DNA of 57,937 nt from Firmicutes bacterium UBA1874 (lineage in GTDB: Bacteria; Bacillota; UBA1874): the NCBI GenBank assembly GCA_002352935.1, contig DDHO01000011.1:1-57937 (forward strand). The letters are read 5' to 3'. The translations under genes and the position numbers were made by a program. The notes below the pieces were generated by a model, which was not told the DNA's origin, made no database searches, and saw nothing but the letters and a program-made list of their open reading frames with translations. Below, one piece after another: positions 39,444-48,350 of the stretch (position 1 is the first letter of the stretch; each line of letters starts with the position of its first letter).

Positions 39444-40065
39444 TTTCAGCCCTCCTAATATTTATAATAAACTCCTTAATCAAAAAAGAATTTTTGACAC
39501 CGTTTTTTTCAACTCCACTGCTGACATCTACCGCATAGGGGTACACAGCAACCACGGCATCATATATATTTTGGGGAGTTAGACCGCCCGCAAGTACAAT
39601 TTTAAACCCCGCTCCAACCGCCCGCCGGGCCAGATCCCAATTGAAAGTCCTCCCCGTTCCACCGATCTGGCCTGGCAAATAAGTATCCAGTAAAAATCCT
39701 CCCGCAACCCCCCTGTACGCTTCCATTTCCCGCAGTACTTTTTTATTACGCACGCGAAAAGCTTTGATTACTACCCAGCCTATTTGCCGGCAGTACGAAA
39801 CCCCTTCCTCTCCATGCAGCTGGATAGTATCCAAGCCGCAATATTCAGCCGTTTCGCGTAAAATATTTAAGCTTTCGTCCACAAAAACTCCAACTTTATT
39901 TACGAAGGGTGGAAGCTGTTCGGTAATCTCCCTTGCTTTTTCAGGTGTAATGTAACGTCGGCTGGGGCCGTAAAAAACAAAGCCCAGGGCATCTGCGCCA
40001 GCATTTATGGCTTCCAATGCTTCTATCCGGTCTTTAATACCGCATATTTTAACCCTCACGGCCAT
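39430..40065 (-). CDS. trpF: Phosphoribosylanthranilate isomerase
   Basis: VKICGI N-terminus and TIM-barrel TrpF pattern. Confidence 0.92.
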   Translation of the reverse strand: MAVRVKICGIKDRIEALEAINAGADALGFVFYGPSRRYITPEKAREITEQLPPFVNKVGVFVDESLNILRETAEYCGLDTIQLHGEEGVSYCRQIGWVVIKAFRVRNKKVLREMEAYRGVAGGFLLDTYLPGQIGGTGRTFNWDLARRAVGAGFKIVLAGGLTPQNIYDAVVAVYPYAVDVSSGVEKNGVKNSFLIKEFIINIRRAENGIT

Positions 40066-40855
40066 TCAGCCTCGCTCCTTTCTCAACTTGAAGTTCTCTT
40101 ATCTTTCTGCCGGGATTCGGGCTGGTAACCAGTCCCTCTCCTACAAGAATTGCATCTACTCCCAGTGCAGCAACCCTGCAGGCATCTTCTCGTGTTTTAA
40201 AACCGCTTTCGCTTACTACAGCACAACCCCGTGGTAGGTACCTGATTAACTGAACAGTAATTTCCAAATTAACTTTAAAATCACGGAGGTTGCGATTATT
40301 AATCCCTATAATGGAAGCTCCAGCTCCTATGGCATCTTCAATTTCGGAAGCAGTATGCGCCTCTACCAGGCAGTCCATATGTAATTTTTCTGCAAGTTCG
40401 AGAAATTCATATAGCTTTTCGGGTGTTAAGGCACCCGCAATAAGCAGAACAGCATCGGCTCCCGCGCACCTCGCCTCGTAAATTTGATAAGGATCAAGAA
40501 TAAAATCTTTGCAAAGCAGGGGTAAATTAGTAATTTTCCGTGCTTCCGACAGGTTGCTCAAACTCCCTCCGAAGTAACGCTCATCGGTAATCACCGATAT
40601 AGCTGAAGCACCCGCCTGCTCGTATAAAGCCGCAAGCCGGTGGACATTAAAATCGCGGCAGAGAGTACCGCGCGAAGGCGAAGCTTTTTTTAACTCTGCG
40701 ATAATTTTCAGATTCTTGCTCTTTCTAATTAGGGCCGCTTTGAAGCCCCTCGTCGGGGGTTGTGTATAAGCCATTTCCCGTATTTCTCCCAGGGGGACAA
40801 CCTTTTTTTTCTCAGCAATTTCTTTTAGTTTGTTATCTAGTATGGGCTTTAACAC
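40049..40855 (-). CDS. trpC: Indole-3-glycerol phosphate synthase
   Basis: IAELKKASPS and GINNRNL motifs. Confidence 0.93.
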   Translation of the reverse strand: MLKPILDNKLKEIAEKKKVVPLGEIREMAYTQPPTRGFKAALIRKSKNLKIIAELKKASPSRGTLCRDFNVHRLAALYEQAGASAISVITDERYFGGSLSNLSEARKITNLPLLCKDFILDPYQIYEARCAGADAVLLIAGALTPEKLYEFLELAEKLHMDCLVEAHTASEIEDAIGAGASIIGINNRNLRDFKVNLEITVQLIRYLPRGCAVVSESGFKTREDACRVAALGVDAILVGEGLVTSPNPGRKIRELQVEKGARLNGREG

Positions 40856-41877
40856 TAGGCAGCACTGCTCCTGCTAAATTCAGCCAGTTCCTGGAGTTTT
40901 TTATAAGCAGCTCCGGAATCAATGCTCTCGAAAGATAATTCAATCCCTTCCCGCGGAGAAGAAACACGGCCTGCAGCCATCAGTGCAAAAGCGGAGTTTA
41001 AAAGCACTATATCACGACAGGGCCCCTTTTCCCCCAGTAAAACTGCCCGGGTTAATCGTGCATTTTCTTTGGCTGTACCGCCTCTTATACTCTCCAAAGG
41101 AGCCCTCTGAAGGCCAACCTGCTCCGGAGCAATAGAAAAAGTCCGAATACGGTTATTCCTCAGTTCCGTTACTTTGGTTTCCCCTGTGATAGTTATCTCG
41201 TCCAAACCATCGCAACCGTGCACAACATAAGCACAACTGCTCCCAAGCCGTTGAAGAACGGCAGCCATTACTTCGGTAAGAGAGGCATCGTAAACTCCTA
41301 AAACCTGCGCTCGCGCTCCAGCAGGATTGGTAAGAGGACCGAGAATATTAAATACAGTACGTATCCCGATTTCCCTCCGCGGTCCTGCTGCATATTTCAT
41401 GGCTTCATGAAACCGGGGGGCAAACATGAAAGCTATACCCGTTTCATTAAGGCACTTTTCAACCGCAGTTGGAGAAAGCTCAACTTCCACCCCGAGTTCT
41501 TCCAGGACATCAGCACTGCCGCACCTGCTGGAAACCGACCGGTTTCCATGCTTGGCCACCGGAACGCCCGCTCCCGCAACCACAAAGGCCGCTGTGGTCG
41601 ATATATTAAAGCTGTTGCTGCCATCACCACCCGTCCCGCATGTATCGACAAGGTTTTCAAGGCAGGCATTAATGCAGAAAGCTTTAGACCGCATGGCCCG
41701 CACGAAACCGGTTATTTCCGGGACTGTCTCTCCTTTTAGGCGCATAGCAGTCAAAAAAGCGCCTATCTGTGCAGCTGTAGCCCTGCCTTCCATAACTTCG
41801 TTAAGCACAACCTCGGCTTCACTTTCGGTAAGATGGGTACCCTTTACAATGATGCCCAGCGCATATTTTATATCCAA
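40855..41877 (-). CDS. trpD: Anthranilate phosphoribosyltransferase
   Basis: DTCGTGGDG and KHGNRS motifs. Confidence 0.94.
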   Translation of the reverse strand: MDIKYALGIIVKGTHLTESEAEVVLNEVMEGRATAAQIGAFLTAMRLKGETVPEITGFVRAMRSKAFCINACLENLVDTCGTGGDGSNSFNISTTAAFVVAGAGVPVAKHGNRSVSSRCGSADVLEELGVEVELSPTAVEKCLNETGIAFMFAPRFHEAMKYAAGPRREIGIRTVFNILGPLTNPAGARAQVLGVYDASLTEVMAAVLQRLGSSCAYVVHGCDGLDEITITGETKVTELRNNRIRTFSIAPEQVGLQRAPLESIRGGTAKENARLTRAVLLGEKGPCRDIVLLNSAFALMAAGRVSSPREGIELSFESIDSGAAYKKLQELAEFSRSSAA

Positions 41878-41912
41878 TGAAGATTTCCCCTTTCTTTCAA
41901 GGTTATAATTAC

Positions 41913-42536
41913 TTATTTTTGGTCAACAACATCCCTTACAATAGTAACCGCCGAAAAGTCAGAAGGTATTCCATATGCAACCATAAAATTTTTGAGGAGC
42001 TTTTCTCCTTCCGAACACAGGATCGATTCCGGATGAAACTGAACCCCTTCTACAGAAAAATCCCGATGGCGTATGCCCATTATTTCTCCTTCCTCCGTTT
42101 CTGCTGAAATTTCCAGACAGGAAGGAAGCGTCTGACGCTCCAGAATTAAAGAATGATAGCGAGTTGCGGGAAAAGGATTGGGAAGATTTTTATAAATCGT
42201 CCTCCCATCGTGGTATATCAAAGAAGTTTTACCGTGAACTATGCGGTCCGCCCTGATTACTCGCCCCCCGAAATGCTGTCCCAGACACTGGTGGCCAAGG
42301 CAAACGCCAAAAATGGGGATTTTTCCGCAAAAATATTCTATGACTTCAAGAGACACACCAGCATCATAGGGAGTCCCCGGCCCGGGAGATATCAATATCC
42401 CGTCGGGCTGGAGTTCGGCTATCTGAGTTACAGATACTGCATTATTTCGGTATACCAGGGTGTGGTATCCCAGCTTGCCCAAGTGTTGAACAAGGTTGTA
42501 AGTAAAGGAGTCAAAGTTGTCAATCATTAGAAGCAT
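41913..42536 (-). CDS. trpG: Anthranilate synthase component II (glutamine amidotransferase)
   Basis: IDNFDSFTYNL and GVCLGHQ catalytic Cys. ATG 42536 lies 6 nt after GGGGAG. Confidence 0.93.
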   Translation of the reverse strand: MLLMIDNFDSFTYNLVQHLGKLGYHTLVYRNNAVSVTQIAELQPDGILISPGPGTPYDAGVSLEVIEYFCGKIPIFGVCLGHQCLGQHFGGRVIRADRIVHGKTSLIYHDGRTIYKNLPNPFPATRYHSLILERQTLPSCLEISAETEEGEIMGIRHRDFSVEGVQFHPESILCSEGEKLLKNFMVAYGIPSDFSAVTIVRDVVDQK

Positions 42537-44034
42537 AGTATTCTCCCCTCTCACTCATCTCCAGTGCCGCGATGAGCGCGCTTGCTTTATTCCAGGTTTC
42601 CTCGTATTCCTTTTCTGGAACAGAATCGGCAACTATCCCCGCTCCTGCCTGGATATAAGCCCTGCCGCCGGTTATAACCAGCGTACGAATAGCAATGCAG
42701 GTATCCATATTTCCGTTAAGGCTAAGGTAGCCAACAGCTCCCGCGTAGGGGCCCCTGCGATTAGGTTCCAATTCTTCAATTATTTCCATGGCCCTAACCT
42801 TGGGAGCTCCAGAAACGGTCCCCGCGGGAAAACAAGCAGCCAGTACGTCCAAGGCGCTTTTATTTTCAAGCAGCCTGCCCTGTATGGATGAAACAAGATG
42901 CATAACATGTGAATAATTCTCTACTTCCATAAACTGCTCGACTTTCACAGAACCGTATTGGCATATTCTTCCTAGATCGTTACGTCCCAAATCAACCAGC
43001 ATAATATGCTCTGCCCGTTCCTTGGGATCCCCTTTTAAATCTCCTGCAAGCGCACGGTCTTCCTGAAGGTTATTTCCCCTCTGACGGGTACCGGCAATAG
43101 GACGATAAAATATATTATCGTCATCAACTCTGACCAGCATCTCCGGGGATGACCCCACAAGCTGCACTTCGGGAAAATTTAAATAAAACATATAAGGAGA
43201 AGGGTTAAGGACTCTTAGGCTCCGGTATAACTGAAAAGGATCCCCTTCATACGCTCTGTGCCAGCGTTGGGATAAAACTACCTGAAATATATCCCCTGAC
43301 CTGATATATTCTTTGGCACGCTTAACTTTTTCTGTAAAATCCTCTTTAGTAATATTGTTCCTATACAACTCCCTAAGAGAAACATGCTTCGTAATTTTAA
43401 ACCTGGGTGAAATTTCAAACGTTACCTTGCGCTCTTTGTCGCCCAGCAGCTTTTTAATTTCTTTTATTTTTTCGCGTGCTTTGCTATAAGATAAAGCCGG
43501 TTTTTCTTTATCTATCTCCATCAACACAACGATCCTGAGCGTACGCTGTACATGATCATAAATAAGTACAATTTCAGTTAAAACAAGATAGCATTCAGGC
43601 AGGTGAAGGTCGTCAAGGGTATAATCGGGTATTTTTTCTATACATCGTACGATATCGTAGCTCCAGTAACCCACAAAACCCCCAAAAAAACGCGGCAAAT
43701 TTTCCTGTTCTTCTACGCGGTACATTTTTAAAAAGTCCTCTAAAAGCTTTAAAGGATTGCCTGCCATTCTATCGGTCCGCCCTTTTTTTTCAATTTCAAT
43801 CTTGTTCCCCCATGAACGCAGGATAAATATAGGATTGAGACCGATAAAGGAATATCTGGCTACCTTTTCCCCTCCGGTAACGCTTTCCAGCAGGTAAGAA
43901 TGACCGAGCGGGCGAAGTTTTTGGTAAAGTGAAACAGGAGTTTCACAGTCCACAACTATTTCTTCCCACACCGGTACTATCCGACTGTCCAGATCCCTGG
44001 TTCTTTTTAAAAACTCCTTGAAACCCGGTTCCAT
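42520..44034 (-). CDS. trpE: Anthranilate synthase component I
   Basis: Chorismate-binding domain (GAVGYL, GAGIV), 504 aa. SD is GGAGGTGGAG. Confidence 0.95.
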   Translation of the reverse strand: MEPGFKEFLKRTRDLDSRIVPVWEEIVVDCETPVSLYQKLRPLGHSYLLESVTGGEKVARYSFIGLNPIFILRSWGNKIEIEKKGRTDRMAGNPLKLLEDFLKMYRVEEQENLPRFFGGFVGYWSYDIVRCIEKIPDYTLDDLHLPECYLVLTEIVLIYDHVQRTLRIVVLMEIDKEKPALSYSKAREKIKEIKKLLGDKERKVTFEISPRFKITKHVSLRELYRNNITKEDFTEKVKRAKEYIRSGDIFQVVLSQRWHRAYEGDPFQLYRSLRVLNPSPYMFYLNFPEVQLVGSSPEMLVRVDDDNIFYRPIAGTRQRGNNLQEDRALAGDLKGDPKERAEHIMLVDLGRNDLGRICQYGSVKVEQFMEVENYSHVMHLVSSIQGRLLENKSALDVLAACFPAGTVSGAPKVRAMEIIEELEPNRRGPYAGAVGYLSLNGNMDTCIAIRTLVITGGRAYIQAGAGIVADSVPEKEYEETWNKASALIAALEMSERGEYYASND

Positions 44035-44064
44035 ACTCCACCTCCACTGCTTATTTTAGACACT

Positions 44065-44092
44065 AAAAAACCGGCGCCAAGGGACACCGGTT
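44065..44092 (-). terminator. Leader terminator (attenuator) upstream of trpE
   Basis: AACCGGTG (44092-44085), 8-nt loop, CGCCGGTT (44076-44069) running into a U-tract of six. Confidence 0.7.
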
Positions 44093-44117
44093 CTGTGGTC
44101 AATTACAAGATCCGCAT

Positions 44118-44165
44118 CTCTCCTTAGCTCAACTCTTCTCCGCTCAACTCTTCTCTGCTCATCTA
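44118..44165 (-). promoter_or_regulatory. Array of 10 NAG triplets at exact 5-nt spacing (TRAP-type RNA-binding site)
   Basis: TAG-at-GAG-ca-GAG-aa-GAG-tt-GAG-cg-GAG-aa-GAG-tt-GAG-ct-AAG-ga-GAG on the minus strand. Confidence 0.75.
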
Positions 44166-44241
44166 AATATTAAGTTTTATGTGCATCGGCACTGTTAGTT
44201 TAGCAAACACGCCTCAACTAAAACCACTAAACTATATCTAG

Positions 44242-44270
44242 AGACTAACATCTTTATTTTAAAATGTCAA
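44242..44270 (-). promoter_or_regulatory. Putative sigma-A promoter of the trp leader
   Basis: TTGACA (44270-44265), 17-nt spacer ending in TGt, then TAGTCT (44247-44242). Confidence 0.45.
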
Positions 44271-44290
44271 CACTACTTTTTTAAAATTTT

Positions 44291-44659
44291 TTAAATTAAC
44301 TCTGGCCGCAGCTGTGCCGCTTCACGAAGGTACACGTGTTTAATTTTTCTGGACTCCACTTCAGTATTGACGTGCAATAAAACCCTGATTATGCGGGGCA
44401 GGCTGCCGGGCACATCAATTTCCTGGGCGCAAAGAAGGGGAACGTATTTCCACCCCAACTCACGTGCAGCGCGGGCCGGAAAGGTAGACCTCAGATCCGG
44501 AGTAACCGTAAAAAAGGCGCTGGCAATATCGTCGATGTTGAGACTGTTTTGCTCTACAATTGCCTGTAGCATTTCCCGCGTAGCACGCATTATCTCTTCC
44601 GGTTCATCAGAAACTACCGATATCGCACCTCTAATGCCTCTTACACAAGTTTCTGCCAC
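44291..44659 (-). CDS. aroH: Chorismate mutase, AroH class
   Basis: VRGIRGAISV...FPARAARELGW...VPGSLPRIIRVLLHVNT is typical of AroH. GTG 44659 lies 8 nt after AGGAG and 4 nt after the upstream stop, which removes the 18-codon overlap in the ORF track. Confidence 0.88.
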   Translation of the reverse strand: MAETCVRGIRGAISVVSDEPEEIMRATREMLQAIVEQNSLNIDDIASAFFTVTPDLRSTFPARAARELGWKYVPLLCAQEIDVPGSLPRIIRVLLHVNTEVESRKIKHVYLREAAQLRPELI

Positions 44660-44663
44660 GTTA

Positions 44664-45092
44664 TCAACTCCTGCCCGGAGCAACCCTGTGTCCCAGACCA
44701 ACGCCGACTTCATTTAAATGCAATAAGCCGATACCAAAGAACACAGCAACGCTAACATGCTCTTTGTATCGAGCTATGCCAATCTTTCCTCCTACATTAA
44801 GGCCGACGGCTTTAACCATGAGCTGGGACAACGCCTCTCGTGCCGCTCCGGCAACTGCACCTTCATCAGCATGTATACCCTCTATCACGCCCTCACGTTT
44901 TGCAGCAACTACCGTTCTCTCTACAATGTTCTTTACGGAACCTATAAATTCCCCTCCGTAATCTACAGCGGCCGTTTTTATGCTCTGGTTGAGAAATCTC
45001 TCCTTGAGCTCACTTTCCTCTTTCCTGTTTCTAGATATTGCCATCTGTATAGCCGCTCTGGCTATGTTCCTGCTACCGTACATATCTTCCAC
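44664..45092 (-). CDS. HutP family protein (RNA-binding antiterminator family), ligand and target unknown
   Basis: 142 aa. REGVIEGIHADEGAVAGAAREALSQLM...GLNVGGKIGIARYKEHVSVAVFFGIGLLHLNEVGVGLGHR is colinear with B. subtilis HutP and matches the clostridial HutP-family sequence type. GTG start lies 10 nt after GGGGAGG. Confidence 0.75.
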   Translation of the reverse strand: MEDMYGSRNIARAAIQMAISRNRKEESELKERFLNQSIKTAAVDYGGEFIGSVKNIVERTVVAAKREGVIEGIHADEGAVAGAAREALSQLMVKAVGLNVGGKIGIARYKEHVSVAVFFGIGLLHLNEVGVGLGHRVAPGRS

Positions 45093-45154
45093 TTGGGATT
45101 ATCCTCCCCGCTTCTCTATAAAATACCTCAGCGCAATTATAAATAAATATCAAG

Positions 45155-46147
45155 TCATTTTTTTAGCCAAGGCATCATTTTACGAAGGTCTCCCCCCACT
45201 TTTTCTATAAGGTGGTCCCTGTCCCGTTCATTCAGAGCATTAAACTGCGGGCGGTTGGCCTGGTTCTCTAAAATCCATTCCTTGGCAAAGCTCCCGTTCT
45301 GGACTTCTTCCAGTATACAACTCATCTCTTCACGAACATAATCATCTATGATGCGGGGACCACGGGTAAGATCGCCGTACTGGGCAGTATCGCTCACAGA
45401 GTAACGCATACCGGCAAGGCCGCCCTCGTAGATAAGATCGACTATTAGCTTAAGTTCGTGCAGGCATTCAAAGTAGGCAATCTCGGGCTGGTAACCCGCT
45501 TCTACCAGGGTCTCAAAACCAGCTTTAATTAAAGCCGTAACCCCCCCGCATAGAACAGCCTGCTCGCCAAATAAATCGGTTTCAGTTTCTTCCTTGAAAG
45601 TCGTCTCGATTACTCCGGCACGGGTGCAGCCGATACCCTTTGCATAAGCCAAGGCAAGAGTTTGTGCTTGCCCGGTATAATTGTGTTCTACTGCCAAAAG
45701 ACCAGGTACTCCAACGCCCTGCTGGTACATTCGGCGGACCAGATGGCCGGGACTTTTAGGGGCTACCATGAAAACATCCACATGCTCCGGCGGCACTATT
45801 TGCCCGTAATGGATATTAAAGCCATGAGAAAAAACGAGGGCATCCCCTTTTTTCAAGTTATCTTTAATTTTTTCCTCGTAAACTTTTTTCTGTACCTCAT
45901 CGGGTAAAAGAACCTGTATTATTTGGGCTGCTTCAGCCGCCTCTTCAACTTCCATTACCTTGAGACCGTCTCTTTCAGCTTTTTCCCATGAACTGCTGCC
46001 GGAACGCAAACCTACAACAACATCCAGACCGCTGTCATTTAAATTTTGGGCCTGGGCATGTCCCTGGCTACCGTAGCCCAGGACTGCAATCTTTTTACTT
46101 TTCAATACTTCCAGATCTGCATCGGCGTCGTAGTAAATTTTAGCCAT
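45155..46147 (-). CDS. ilvC: Ketol-acid reductoisomerase
   Basis: [12 protein letters not shown]...[13 protein letters not shown] and full-length class I KARI similarity. Confidence 0.95.
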   Translation of the reverse strand: MAKIYYDADADLEVLKSKKIAVLGYGSQGHAQAQNLNDSGLDVVVGLRSGSSSWEKAERDGLKVMEVEEAAEAAQIIQVLLPDEVQKKVYEEKIKDNLKKGDALVFSHGFNIHYGQIVPPEHVDVFMVAPKSPGHLVRRMYQQGVGVPGLLAVEHNYTGQAQTLALAYAKGIGCTRAGVIETTFKEETETDLFGEQAVLCGGVTALIKAGFETLVEAGYQPEIAYFECLHELKLIVDLIYEGGLAGMRYSVSDTAQYGDLTRGPRIIDDYVREEMSCILEEVQNGSFAKEWILENQANRPQFNALNERDRDHLIEKVGGDLRKMMPWLKK

Positions 46148-46282
46148 ATTATCTCCCCTATCAAAAATTATTTTATTTAGAACTGTTCAATTTTTTATAC
46201 GGGGTATAAATATTATGAAAGAAACATAACCGCTCTACCGTATTCTCCTCTATAACTTAAAATTCCTTCCACAATAGCAAGA

Positions 46283-46822
46283 TTAATATTCTATCCCTCT
46301 CCTGCTGCCGATCCCTTTCCGGTAGGGATGTTTAATTTCCTTCATTTCCGTCACAAGATCCGCAATTTCTATAAGCTCTGAAGGACAGTTTCTTCCAGTC
46401 AAAATTAATTCTACATGTTTCGGTTTTTTGCGCACGAGATCGACAACCTCTTCGGTAGTAATTAAATTATAATAAAGGGCATTGCATATTTCGTCTAAAA
46501 TTAAAAGGTCCGCATCCCCGTCGGCTAGAACCCTTGCTGCTTCTTCCATCGCTTTTCGGGCCAGCTCCAGATCTTCAGGCGTAACTGCGCCTTTGTTAAT
46601 AAAGCCTTTCCTGCCAAAAGATTTAATTATTACTTCCGGGTACAGCTTACGGAAGGCCTTTACTTCCCCGCAATTTACAGCCGTTTTCAGAAACTGGATG
46701 ATATAAACCCGAAAACCTTGCCCAAAGGCCCGCAGCGCAAGTCCAAAAGAAGCGGTACTTTTACCTTTTCCTTCTCCTGTGTAAACCTGCACCAGGCCTT
46801 TTTCCAATTGCCTCCGTAGCAT
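46283..46822 (-). CDS. cobO: Cob(I)yrinic acid a,c-diamide adenosyltransferase (CobA/CobO/BtuR type)
   Basis: VYTGEGKGKSTASFG P-loop, LDEI, and ITGR-like TGRNCP motifs. Confidence 0.85.
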   Translation of the reverse strand: MLRRQLEKGLVQVYTGEGKGKSTASFGLALRAFGQGFRVYIIQFLKTAVNCGEVKAFRKLYPEVIIKSFGRKGFINKGAVTPEDLELARKAMEEAARVLADGDADLLILDEICNALYYNLITTEEVVDLVRKKPKHVELILTGRNCPSELIEIADLVTEMKEIKHPYRKGIGSRRGIEY

Positions 46823-46902
46823 TACTTCACAATCCCCTTATTAGCAGCATCTTTTGTTAAGAGGCTACCGAATGTATAATAAATATTCATTTAAAGCTTC
46901 AC

Positions 46903-47634
46903 TTAGGTTCCATACATGCCAACCATAGACTTTAACTGTTCAACCTCGCCGGGAGAAAGCGAGCGGTACTGACCCTTCTCAAGTCCGTCCAACGTAAGAA
47001 AACCGAGAGCAACCCTTTTTAAATGTATTACGGGGTGACCGATTGCAGCACACATACGCTTTATCTGCCTCTTGCGGCCTTCATGCAGCGTAATTAACAG
47101 CACCGCGCTATCCTCCCCGGTACGGCTTTTAATTTCTGCTCCGGCTGGGCTTGTCCAGCCGTCCTCCAAAAGAATTCCTTCACGTAATTTCTTAAGGTCA
47201 TCTTCACAGGGAATTCCCTTGACAGTTACCTGGTAAACCTTATCAACTCCGCTGCGAGGATGCATAAGTCCATTAGCCAATTGGCCATCGTTTGTAAGCA
47301 GCAGCAATCCTTCGGTATCCAGGTCAAGCCGTCCCACCGGGTATATTCTCTCTTTAACACCCGCCAACAGCTCCATAACGGTCCGCCTGCCACGCTGGTC
47401 CCTGACAGTCGTCAAATAGCCTGCCGGTTTATAAAGTATATAATATACCTTCCGTCGTTTACTTGGCAACTTCCTGCCGTCAAATTCCACTACATCTTTT
47501 TCGGGATCTAAACAAAATCCCATTTCTTGAATGACCCGTCCGTTAACCCTCACTCTTCCCTGTCGGATTAGCTCCTCACATTTTCGGCGTGATGCAATCC
47601 CCGCATCAGCCAGCACTTTTTGTAGTCTTTCCAA
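46903..47634 (-). CDS. rluB: Pseudouridine synthase, RsuA/RluB family (S4 domain)
   Basis: RLQKVLADAGIASRR S4 domain and GRLDLDTEGLLLLTNDG catalytic Asp motif. TTG start lies 8 nt after GAGGTG. Confidence 0.88.
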   Translation of the reverse strand: MERLQKVLADAGIASRRKCEELIRQGRVRVNGRVIQEMGFCLDPEKDVVEFDGRKLPSKRRKVYYILYKPAGYLTTVRDQRGRRTVMELLAGVKERIYPVGRLDLDTEGLLLLTNDGQLANGLMHPRSGVDKVYQVTVKGIPCEDDLKKLREGILLEDGWTSPAGAEIKSRTGEDSAVLLITLHEGRKRQIKRMCAAIGHPVIHLKRVALGFLTLDGLEKGQYRSLSPGEVEQLKSMVGMYGT

Positions 47635-47801
47635 GGAGGCAGCACCTCTGTATGTCAGACGTTTAAATTACAAAGAAAAAGAAAAATAATTTAAATTAAA
47701 TAATACTAGAAGGCAGAAAACTATGCAAACCCACAACAAAGTCTTTTTCCTCTTAGTTAATAACTGTGCAACAATGACCTGCTTCCAAATCCAAACCCTC
47801 T

Positions 47802-48332
47802 TTAGCTAAAAAGAAGGTTCACGATAAATATGGAAGCCAGCAGGCCGCTTATGTCAGCCATTAGTCCCAGCGCTAGAGCGTAACGGTACCTGTGTATGCC
47901 TACGGAGCCAAAGTAAACTGTAAGTACGTAAAACGTGGTATCGGTACTACCCTGCATTGTTGAAGCCAGCATACCAATAAATGAATCTGGCCCGTGCGTT
48001 CCTATCAATTCAGCAGCTATTCCCAGAGCTCCACCCCCGGAAAGGGGCCGCATTATCGCCAGCGGCAGGATTTCTACCGGGGCCCGAATCATCCCCATTA
48101 GAGGGTCGAACAACTTTACCAAGAGCTCCATTGCCCCGGAAGCACGAAACACACTGACCGCAACAAGCATCCCTACCAGAAAAGGTATAATTTTTATAGC
48201 AGTGGAAAAACCCTCACTAGCCCCGCTTACAAAAGTTTCATATACCTTTATCCCGCGAAGAAATGCCAGTAAAGGTATAAAAAATAACAGACTCGGAATA
48301 GCCCATTGAGAAATAATAGTTATTAACCACAA
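47802..48332 (-). CDS. spmB: Spore maturation protein B
   Basis: Nucleoside-recognition-type membrane protein, second gene of the spmAB pair. Confidence 0.82.
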   Translation of the reverse strand: MWLITIISQWAIPSLLFFIPLLAFLRGIKVYETFVSGASEGFSTAIKIIPFLVGMLVAVSVFRASGAMELLVKLFDPLMGMIRAPVEILPLAIMRPLSGGGALGIAAELIGTHGPDSFIGMLASTMQGSTDTTFYVLTVYFGSVGIHRYRYALALGLMADISGLLASIFIVNLLFS

Positions 48333-48350
48333 TTGCTTCCAACCTGCCTT

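Noticed and set aside
42537-42580. GAG-at-GAG-t-GAG run at the trpE 3' end just before trpG, a possible third triplet site.
   Set aside because: Only three triplets with irregular spacing, and it coincides with the trpG SD. It is indistinguishable from ordinary purine-rich SD context.
44035-44290. Possible tRNA-Trp T-box leader upstream of trpE (and likewise upstream of trpS at 52773-52839).
   Set aside because: No T-box core (GGGTGGTACCGCG-like), AG-bay or specifier-loop architecture could be found. The trpS upstream gap is only 67 nt, too short for a T-box.
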